NCBI RefSeq assembly: GCF_964355755.1
Contig: NC_092676.1
Location: forward strand, 23,950,871-24,014,870
Source of the DNA: Antedon mediterranea
Lineage: Eukaryota > Animalia > Echinodermata
Direction of reading: 5' to 3'
DNA length: 64,000 nt
The position numbers and the translations under genes were made by a program. The notes beneath the pieces are model-generated. The model was not told the DNA's origin, did no database searches, and worked only from the letters and a program-made list of their open reading frames with translations. Shown here piece after piece: positions 11,750 through 22,500 of this stretch (positions are counted from its first letter, which is position 1; each line of letters starts with the position of its first letter).

Positions 11750-13912
11750 TTGTTCCACCACCAAAACTAGGAGCGAGTCGTCATCTAACCCGTTATTGTT
11801 GGCTCTTTATAAATATTTCATTTGTTGATATATACGTGGTGTACCGCAAACTTTATATCAACATTTGATTTCGCCATGCAAACCTTTAAACAATAAATAT
11901 GTTATTGCTAACAAACCTTGATAACTCTATTCACATATGGCATCTTGCTAGTTATGATGTCATCTGAAACATCACCGTCAACCAAAACCTCGTCTATCTC
12001 ATCGTGCACCTGACAGATACAGAAACATATACAATATAAACATATTTAATATATAATCGAAAAAAGGGAAAACGATGCGAGATAAGTCTTTGTTATCAAC
12101 TAGCTTCATCAATATAATGTTTACACTCAAATTACTAGAAACGCAACGCAGGCGAGTTGACCAATCACAAGCGACAGTTTGAATAATCTATCGCTTGTGA
12201 TTGATGGTTAAATCACTTACGTTGCGCCACGTCCTAGTGTTGCGTTAAGACGCAACGCAAGGACGTTGACGCAACGCAGGCGACTTGATTAAATAATTCA
12301 TCGCTTGTGATTGGTCAAATCACTTACGTTGCACTTACACGTCCTTGTGTGACGTGATGTGTCTCTAGCGGAAACCACGCATTACGTTAGGTTTACGTCA
12401 CGACACGTTGTGTCATAGTGGAAACCGATCTTTAGTAGCTTGTGGTTAAATTGATAGTGATGCAACTCTCACCTTCTTTTGGACATCTTCGTGAGTCACT
12501 AACAAAAGAATAGTCCATTCTATCGCACTTCTCAGAGAACATATTGACGGGTAGAGATGCGTTGTACCGTTGATTGCGTCATCTACATCAAACGACGTCT
12601 CACCAAGATGTCCTAGATATCCGTCTATAAGATCCCGGATGTTGTCTTTATCGAAGTTTTCACGATGTGATTTAATGTACGGTTGCAACGCTTCCTTTAC
12701 ATCCTTGTCAGTTCTGCGAATTGCGCTGGCAGCAGGTGTGTACCAGAGCAGGCGCGAAAAGTTTACCGGATGACCGAAAAGACTATGGGTGTTATTACTA
12801 ACAATAATCTCCGACAATTTTTTGAATTCGTCGTCAGCGTACTCGAAGCGATTACTTCGGTTGATCGTGATCGAAAGGAGGATGTTGTTATTGGCTGTGT
12901 TAATGAGATCAACGATGTCGACAGTTTTATCTTTCTCAATGACGTCACAGACAGCATTCACTTCTCGTTTGAACACACCTTCCATGTCTATGCTTTTTAA
13001 AACTTCGAAAAATAGATGTTTTCGTTCTTTAGCATGTGGTAGCCAGTTTTCCCATGTGATGCTTCCTGAAACAAAAATATACAGATACTTTATCACATGG
13101 GGTTCAGATTTATCAAACATGCTTAACAAAAAATCATCTCAACTTTTTTTTTTTATTTCAAGTTTTTTAACATCCTAAGCAAATGTTTTTACAGTACATA
13201 ATTTTTATTTTAAATGTGAGCTGACGAAGAACTATAGTTGGATGAAATCTAAGATTGTCTCAGGAAAATAAATAATGTGCACTTAACTCTTATCTCGACT
13301 TGAAAGAAAATTGATTTAAACAATATGAGTATGATGATACTCATCAACAAAAGAATACAAAATTCATCTTTCAACAAACCATACAAGAGTTTGTTCTTTA
13401 CTTCAGATCAACATCCATTGATATTAATCTGATACCCAAGCAACATAATAAATCTATCCATGTGTCTGGGATGAACGTCTTAAGCTCTGTCTACACTATC
13501 AAACTAGTTTAACAGAAAAGGTGTGATGTGTCTAAATATGGTAGTGGTACGTCCAAATATGGTAGTGATATGACATCATCATGTCCATAATATGGGCACT
13601 TGATAGTGTAGACAAGGCTTTACCTTCATATCCGATCTTTTTCAGTATATACGGCCTCCATCTATTGTTAAAGTTAGCGTCATTATCAGAACCCGGTTTG
13701 AAGGCTGCTTCAAATTCTTTGGCTCCATTGATCAACATAGCCTCTCCCATCGGCCCCATACTGAAGCCAACCACGCTACCGTACTCTTTAGCCCATTTTT
13801 CGTAAGTAACGTGGGCCTTCTCGTCCAATTGCAGCAGGTTTCCAAAATAGCATACTTCTCCCGGGCCTGTTAATTTTTTACCAGGCCCTTCCTCTTGAAC
13901 GTTACTTGCCAT
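10300..13912 (-). CDS. Atypical cytochrome P450, paralog C (~461 aa; exons 13912-13624, 13065-12473, 12009-11917, 11467-11245, 10487-10300)
   Basis: Same exon structure. MPYVNRVIK|ESLR, FKPDRW, heme motif FGS|GMRKCAG. Most divergent of the three. Confidence 0.95.
10592..10771. mobile_element. MITE family 3 (also ~17317-17420 and ~40400-40495)
   Basis: TIR AGGC(C/T)AATTTACACAGACGAG...CTCGTCTGTGTA(A/C)ATTGGCCT, TAA flanks; this copy lies in intron 4 of P450 paralog C. Confidence 0.88.
11640..11810 (-). mobile_element. SINE-like fragment (related pieces at ~24314-24360 and ~31535-31845)
   Basis: Shared blocks CAAGGATTACCAATA..AAATTAATC and GACCTACGGTTTATA..., TATTGTTGGCT at separate loci. Confidence 0.55.
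13483..13619. mobile_element. MITE family 1 (Tourist/PIF-Harbinger-like), copy at the intron-1 donor of P450 paralog C
   Basis: TIR AGCTCTGTCTACACTATCAAA...TGATAGTGTAGACAAGGCT, flanked by TTA on both sides. Confidence 0.9.
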
Positions 13913-14716
13913 GTTGATACTTGTTTAAAACTATTCGAAACTGTCCTAAGTTGAAAATACAGAAACACTAATTCATAATTAATAATTGGCAAAGAGTGGA
14001 TACTCTATAATAATAATAATGTTAATAATGTAGTACTGTATTGGTATTAGTAGTCTATTCTTTTACGTACCCAAGTATAACTGCAATAGCAATAAGCAAT
14101 AATACCTAGGCTATGTTAAGTCAACAACAAAATGGAAAATGTCAAAGGACAATCTTGTAGGTAGGGACCAGCAAAACAACTTAAATTACAATTTTCGCTC
14201 GTTTTATAACCAGGGAAGAGTGATACACCATTGGTGGATATAAGGATTGGCAGTTCAAAGACCAAATTAAATCCTTTGTCAGGAAATCGGGTTAAGTTTG
14301 ATCAAGATAAATTAATTGTAATAAAGGTGGTCGAAATTTATTCATTATTCTTTTGTTGCAATTCAATATGTCTGAACTTCTCTCAGTCCACCAATTGTAA
14401 CTATATTAGTTAAGTCAGTTGTGTCGTCGTACTTACTATTACAATTATAGTTGTAGTGGTCAGTGAATTATTTATTTTCAGAACTTATAAATATATAATT
14501 ATATAATAAATTAAATATTAAAGTACATCTACCGGTATATAAATTATAATAGGTTATCGTATTTCACACAAGAAATAATATGAAGCTTTTGATTTCGACC
14601 TAGAAGAAACAGACCTAGAACATTCATTGTATGCGGAACACTGGGACGTGGTCCTCACTCGATTAGTAGTCCTACTTTTGATCATCTCTATAGTCTATAC
14701 TAGAGGACGACCTTAA

Positions 14717-15308
14717 AGGCCAGTTGCGGGCAAAAAATTTCTATTGATCATACATTCCAATAATTATCGATCTATAGTTTCCCCTATGTTTCATAATTTT
14801 TGGGATTTTATTTGTGTTACACAAGCTTGTTGAAAATAAGCACTTTCTTATCAGTTCAAATTACACAGTAAAATCTCTATTCTTTTGTACACTAATTTTT
14901 TTTTATTAGAGAGGCATTTTAAAAAGCTATGAAATATAAACAGTGTGGTAAAAAATGTTATCAGATGACTAAATATAGGTAATATAACTTGAATTTTACA
15001 TTTCTGGTATTTTTATTCAACTTCAGATTTTTATTTTCATGCTATAGCAAAAATTATCCACCGTATATCCACCATCTTTTTTCACCTTCTAGGGAATCAC
15101 CAGAAATGTTATTACATTAGGTTAAACTACCTAACTAGGCCTACTGAAAAAAAGTCTTTCTGGTTTTTATGGCAGAATTTGGCAAAATTTTGTATTTGAC
15201 CATATTAAGCAAAATTCATGTTTTTTCGTCTTGATTTCTGTTACAAATATTTGATTTATGTACAATTAATCAGATATTATATTTAAAATTTATGCCTCTA
15301 CCTGAGCT
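14717..15308. mobile_element. Possible non-autonomous Kolobok-like DNA transposon (~590 bp)
   Basis: TTAA on both sides; imperfect TIRs AGGCCAGTTGCGGGCAAAAAATTT vs reverse-complement end AGCTCAGGTAGAGGCATAAATTTT. Confidence 0.5.
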
Positions 15309-18300
15309 TTAAGGTCGTGCAGGACGGCTAGGTTGTCGAAAACTGACAAGTTCATTGTTAACCCGGATTTGTGTCTCGGCTAGTAAAAGCCGTAATCTCT
15401 TTGAAGTGCATTCAGCTATTTTTCTACCGGTGGGGTCTACATAATAATATTCTATAATAAAACACTGATTTTGGCAACAATAAGAGGCCTACCTCTTTCG
15501 ATAGTGCTTTACAAAATGATGGTACGTGTCTACTTTCAACCGGTGTATAATTTCTTTTGATAATCCATAATGCGGTTCACTGCATTTTATAGTCGTGTTA
15601 TTGTATAAAACCTCTGTGGTTTACACTACAATGATATACAATAATCTTGTGATAAAAAGTCAATAAACTGACTTATAAAATGGTAGAATACTCAACTGTG
15701 ATTTCCAAATCGGAGCACGCACTTGATCACAACACTGTGATTGTAATATCTAAATAGCCAACACGATTGTAATGAAACGTAACAGTAGGCCTAATTTATA
15801 AACATTATCAGCTATATAATGTTACATATTAAACAGGGGCGTTAATTGGCTTTACACGTCAGCTTATTCTGTGTCAAAACACACAAAAAATAAAAATAAA
15901 TAAAATACCTAGTCTATCTGGAACCTATCGGAGTTAAAATTACACCGGCCGGAATAACACAGCATAAAAGTGACTTATCAGAGTAGCTAACTCAAGTGCG
16001 TGTGCCTATAACGCGATAATTCTAGTCTTAATTCAACGATGATATTCTTAGCATTGTTGTGACGTCGTTTACTCTTTTTGTACGCAATGACGTATTTGCA
16101 TATTTTCCACCTGTGAGTTGGTTTAAATAGACGAGGTATTTGTACAGTAGGGAGTTTCGGGCAGGATGTTGTGCACGATGGAAATAAAGTAAACGGTACC
16201 GAATAATTAAATGAGTTGCGTATATATTGCTTATGCTTGGTTCCCACTAGCGACGCAACGCAAGGACGTAACGCAACGCAAGTGAATTGACCAATCACAA
16301 GCGATGGCTTATTCGCTTGTGATTGCTAACTGTCTATAACTTTGCTTGTCATTGGTTAAAACGCTTGCGTTGCGTTTACGTCTTTGCGTTACGTGCTAGT
16401 GGGAACCAAGCTTACAGCGTAACAGTATTCACTTAATGTATAACAATCTAAATAGCTGCTGTCATGTGTGTCTACTTGAAACTCTATGGCATAGACTTAA
16501 TGGTCGTCCTTAAACGCGCTCTTTTAACTTTTACTGGTTGTGTACTAAAGTGCTAAGTGATAAATATTAACATCAGTAATACATATCAATAACAACTTGT
16601 CAGACCGACGCGACACGTTAGGAAAAATGATATTTTGCGGAAAGCGCACCATATTGGTCAAAGTCTGGTCCAAAATATACAAATCAGTTAATCAAATTAA
16701 TTGAACTAATTCAGATTGAAAGGTAATCGACAAAGAGTGACCTCCAAGAATTTTCAGTCTTTTGCTTAGCATATGTTGTGACTTTTTTTTCTTTCTCCGT
16801 GCTCGAACGGATCAGCGGAAATCCCTAGCTCAGAGTTTCGAAATAGTACTATCCGGCCAAACAAGCATATGCCATCCCTAATACTACATCACCATTAGTT
16901 AATGTTAATAATGAGGTGCTTGTATTTTAAAGCCACAACAGCATTAGTCAACTAGACTCAAGGGTTTTTTCATATTTTATCTAAAAGTATACTAGGCCTA
17001 TATCATAATTACATATTAATAATTAACACGCTTCGTCGCTTGTATTATTCATTGATATCATATCTCATCAACGCTGTTGTAAATTTAATTTGTTGGTTGT
17101 TCTTCTGAATATTGCAAGATCGTGTGTGATACAAAACATAAATAGGTATCATACATCCTTAGATGTTTGCGAATCAAGTTCATAAAATGTTTGTTCCGAT
17201 TGAAAATTGGTAAACGAAAACAAACATACATTTGAATATATTATACGTTTATTTAGAAGTGCAACCCGAAATATAATGACTAAATTATAAATTAATGATT
17301 ATGCCTAAACCTCCTTAGGGCCAATTTACACAGACGAGCGGTAACAGTAATACAAAATATAGAATCTATGTAATCACACACGCGGAGCAGATGGGCGGTG
17401 TCGTGTGTAAATTGGACTTTACGAGTCCATATGTTGTAAGTGTGTGATTACTCAACATTGAAATATCATGCATCCTCTAAAAATTTTATAGTGCAATGAA
17501 GTGATAATATCATATCTGATGTAAAAACCGAATGCGTGGCCTCTCAGGTCTGTGGGCCTACGTCAATTAAATAGAGAATCTCCCTATTTACAGCCCAGCG
17601 CAATTTAGTGGTAAATTCACGCGCATTATAATGAACATGATTATATCTTCACCCTTCCCTGCTTATATCAACACAACTTACGTCAATCTATTGCCTATAC
17701 AGATCAAACTAGCAGAAGACATCTTATCCACCTTTGGTGGTTTAACATCCAAATTTGCGCTGTTTGTGTTAACCACACTTATCTAATAGTAACACTAATC
17801 TTCGGCCCTTAATGGTCTTAATTGGAGCAAAACATGGTAACTTACAAGAAACTCTCTGTATAGATTTATACTCGATTTCGTACACATTCACAACAAAAAT
17901 AGTATTATTTGTGGGTGCGTGCACACAGCTCCTTTGAAAACTATTGTTAATGCCACAATGATAGCTGCACCTTCACAATCCGGAAATAATTATATTAGAT
18001 CCCTCGATAGTATGATAATTAAGTCAGTTAAAATGGAGGGCGACATGATTTTAATTCACTTTCATTTCCAATTAAAATTAGTCTAATATTCTGATTCTTA
18101 CCGTATCGACGTCCTCCGCGAAAGTAGTACGGTATTGACAATTTCTAACCGATTCTAGTTATTGGTATTATAGGCAAATGCCATGATACAGGATCACATA
18201 AAACATTTATTAGTGTTACGGGCTAATACAAATAATACAATTTTACACCTGTATATATAACCTGAAAAATGTAAACATGGTAGATCGCTCGCTAAAAGAA

Positions 18301-18569
18301 GACATGTATTTCAAGTTAATATTAACCCCGTTTCTTAGAAATAAAAATGTATATTACACATGTCTGCCAACAATTGTTGAGTCGCGATAAAATATTGTTT
18401 TTAATTATTAATGTGTGTACTAGTATTCATTGTGAGGCTACGTTGGTGTTTCTCAAAATAACATGTATTCGGTCGACGAACGTAATATTTATACCTGTAT
18501 GCGATTATAAAAAAAACGACGTGTTTGACAGCGGCACTTATTTCCGACTGTATCAGTATAATACGTTAT

Positions 18570-19335
18570 TTTCACACTTTAACTTTAAAGTACTATAGCA
18601 GTTTCCGGTTGCCACTGTAGCAGCAGCAGTATACTATGTGTGTTCACACTATTATACTTATAAAATAGCAGGAGTTTCCGGTTGTCGCTGTAACAGCATC
18701 AGTATAATGTGTGTTCACACTATTACTTTTAAAGCAGCATGAGTTTCCGACTGTTGCTGTAGCGCATCAGTATAATGTGTGTTCACACTATTACTTTTAA
18801 AGTAGCATGAGTTTCCGACTGTTGCTGTATCGCGTCAGTACAACATGAATGTTCACAGTATTATTTTTAAAGTAGCAAAACTTCCGACTGTTGCTGTAGC
18901 AGCATCAGTATAATACTGTATGTGTTCACACTATTACTTTTAAAGTAGCATGAGTTTCCGACTGTTGCTGTAGCATTATCAGTACAACATGAATGTTCAC
19001 ACTATTACTTTTAAAGTAGCATGAGTTTCCGACTGTTGCTGTAGCATTATCAGTACAACATGAATGTTCACAGTATTATTTTTAAAGTAGCAAAACTTCC
19101 GACTGTTGCTGTAGCAGCATCAGTATAATACTGTATGTGTTCACACTATTACTTTTAAAGTAGCATGAGTTTCCGACTGTTGCTGTAGCAGCATCAGTAC
19201 AACATGAATGTTCACACTATTACTTTTAAAGTAGCATGAGTTTCCGACTGTTGCCGTAGCAGCATTAGTATATGTATGTTCACACTATAACTTTTAAAAT
19301 AAAAGTTTAGAACTGTTGCTTTAGCAGCATCAATA
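18570..19335. repeat. Minisatellite, ~70-bp unit, ~11 copies, just downstream of the UFL1 stop
   Basis: TGTTCACACTATTACTTTTAAAGTAGCATGAGTTTCCGACTGTTGCTGTAGCAGCATCAGTA repeated head to tail. Confidence 0.95.
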
Positions 19336-19522
19336 AAATATGCATGTTTTGTAGAAGCATTTTAATGATGGGTTCAATAAATTCATAGTAAATTTAATAA
19401 GACGAACAAATTAAAAACCGTCCTGATTATATTATAGAAACCAGCCACACTGGTCTTAAATTAGAAATAATCATGATTTATATACTTTAAAACCATAGAA
19501 ATAAAATAAACTATCTGGCCAT

Positions 19523-22500
19523 TTAGTCTTCAGGTTGAGCAGAAGAGCTTGAAGTCTTCTTTGCAAGAGCAATTTCTTTCACTTGAGGCAGCAGTTCTAT
19601 CAGAGTGCTCGCCACATCTTCACCAGACTTCTCTGCATCTGCCTTCTCACTTCCATCTTTAGTCTTTGCTTCAGTAGTATCTTTAATAGCACTGAGCTGC
19701 TTCTGAACCAAAGCCATGTAGTCTGATAACACTTTGTAATGGTTTGGAGTAATGTGTGATTCTAGGAATACTAATAATTGAGGTATACATCTATAAAGAG
19801 AAAATGTTGAATACAGTTTAACTAATGTATTCATTCATTCATTTCTTTTATTTCGGGTAGTACATCCATATACAAAAAAAAAGAAAAACTAATTTCACCA
19901 GTAAATTAACAATAGCATTTTTCACATAAACAACCTAAAATATTAATTTGCACAAATGCTGATACAGGTTGGATTGTGGAAGTACTACGGTTTTAATTAA
20001 ACTATTAAAATACGAAATTATAACAAAAGATTTGTTAGATAGTTCTTTTATTCTTTATATTTTTTAAGGCAAGCCAAGATATGAGCGCTGTAAATTCAAT
20101 TATATTAGATAATAAAAGGAATCTGTATCATGATAGGGTGGATTTTGTTTGTTGGATTTTGTTTGACCAAAGGAAAATATATGTTTTAACACTATGGCCA
20201 AATCCCATTTAGGTTACACCACTATAAAGGGGACACCACTATAAAGGGGACACCACTATAAAGGGGACACCACTATAAAGAGGACACCACTAGGGGACAC
20301 CCCTATTAAGGGGACACCCCTATTAAGAGGACACCCCTATAAAGGGGACACCCCTATAAAGGGGACACCCCTATTAAGGGGACACCACTATAAAGGGGAC
20401 ACCACTATAAAGGGGACACCACTATAAAGGGGACACTTTTTCAGGGGGTTCTACCCACATTCTTACCTTCCAGGAGTATGTACACAACAGTTACACATAT
20501 TCTGTATGAGAATGACAACTGCTAAGTGCAGTGCCATTGCAGGATCTGACTCTTCTTTCAACTGTGCAATTAATGATTGTTTATGATTAAATAAAATGTT
20601 CCTAGAAAGATAAAATGAGTTAAATCAGACAAATGGTTTCGATAAATAATTTTATAACACACCTGATTGTATTCTTGCAATTTGATTGGTCAATTAGGCA
20701 TCATGTGTCATTTAGAATTAGCCCTATCTCATAAAAAAGTGATATTATCTAATGGTGATAATGAACGGCTCTAATGCACGTTCAGCTTTCTGTAAACATT
20801 TTGAGAATTTTTGCAATTACCCAGAAATGTTCTAGTACTAAACACAACAAAGTTGTAACTAACTTACCTTTCTTTTTTCTTGTCTACTTTTTTCAAAAGA
20901 ACATCGCACACATTAGCTGCTGATTCTAAACTCTTTAGAAAATCAGAAATGCTCTAAAAATAGTAAAATACATCGTTATTGTATAACTTCTGATAAAATA
21001 TCTAAAAATACAATAACGTCCTTACTAACAGGTGATATTATGAACGACTTAATAAGGAATCGACTAAAAGGTTACCTTTAAAAATGAATCACTATTATCA
21101 TTGTTTAAAATTATTTGAAATCATCATTATTTATGTAAAATATTTGACTAATTAACATTATTTTTATGTTTTACCTTGGCATTCAGTGATGTATTTAGTT
21201 TTGTAAACTCAACTTTCATTTCTTCAGGTATCTTGCTCAGAATTTTCAACCTCACCTGTAAAAATAATTATATTTTAATATAATAATTTATTCTAATACA
21301 ATTAATATATTAGAATAAAAAAATATATATATTGTTATCACTACAACATATAGACAGGATATCTATCCATATCTGGGACTTCTTAACCTCTGTCTACACT
21401 CAAACATTATATGACAAAAAATGTGATGTTCCCATATATGGAAATGATGATGTCATATCACTACCATTATACTATACCATATTTGGGCACATTACACTTT
21501 TATTGTCAAAACTAGTTTGAGAGTATAGACAGACCTTTATAACACCAATACCTTTATTGATCTCTGATTACACAACTGGTGTCATTTGACTTTTGTAGTT
21601 TATAATAATATAATAATTGAGAACAAGATTTAAACAATTATATTTACGTACTTCGTGTGTGACATCACTTGCTTCCACATTGACTAGATTATTCTCAGCA
21701 GCTAAATAACTGAATAGATGATTAGTAATCTCAGTACATATAGTACGCAGTAGATACTTCACCAATTGACCTCGTAGGTCATCTGTGGGGGAAGATTAAA
21801 CATTAGCATTATATTGAGTAAGAACCACAGCTAACAAAGCCTAGATGCAAGTTCAAACACAAGCACAGATAATATAAAATGTATCTCCAAAACGCACACC
21901 ATGGTGACTGGATAAGATCACACTTTTAACCTCATTGTCAAGAAAACTGTATGTTGTACCAATTGTAGACAATAGTACTAACCTTCAAAAATAGATATAT
22001 TTTTCTCAAACATTTTGACACTGGTAAGCAAGCCGTTGACTTTCTCTTGCACTTCTCCATGATTTTTACGCCTGGATGTGTGGTCTGTAGCACCGGATAG
22101 TGAGCCTATTGCTGCTTTTAATTGTACTTGGTATTCTGCAGTGAGTGGCCTATGGAGAAAGTTAAATTCAATAAAACAAAGGATGGTACATAAAAAATAC
22201 AGTATAATTAAAAGACTTAAATGTCTATTTATGACACTTATACAAGAATACGGTTCACACGTTTGAAAACTTACCTATGCAAGTACTGCGCTAACTCTTC
22301 AATAAAACTCTCAGGGCATTCTGATAAACGGTCTTGTTCTTCAAGAAAACTTTGTATCTCTTCAACTTTCATAAATGGTATTTCGGTTGCTTGTAACCCT
22401 AGAAAAATGAAATTATGCTTATGAACCAGACAACGTAAAACGAAATGGGAAGAAAATATATATTATATTAATGTATATTTCTAGGATGATGAAAATTATG

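Noticed and set aside
12570-13178. Plus-strand ORFs overlapping P450 exons
   Set aside because: They are antisense shadows of the real coding exons.
3827-13912. Assigning the P450s to the CYP74 clan
   Set aside because: The heme loop has canonical FxxGxRxC spacing without the CYP74 insertion, and the scaffold motifs (RFDYDD, DLIDGYL, VQxKVxxEID) look CYP2-clan-like. Any functional similarity would be convergent.
3827-13912. P450 pseudogenes explaining the motif loss
   Set aside because: All three have intact frames and splice sites and share the same deviations despite substantial divergence, which implies purifying selection.
3827-13912. Bacterial or fungal horizontal origin of soluble P450s
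   Set aside because: They have four spliceosomal introns, host-like composition and animal CYP2-like motifs. Nothing seen supports transfer, though a phylogeny is needed to exclude it.
18570-19335. Regular repeat array superficially like CRISPR
   Set aside because: Units are contiguous with no unique spacers, there are no cas genes, and the context is eukaryotic.
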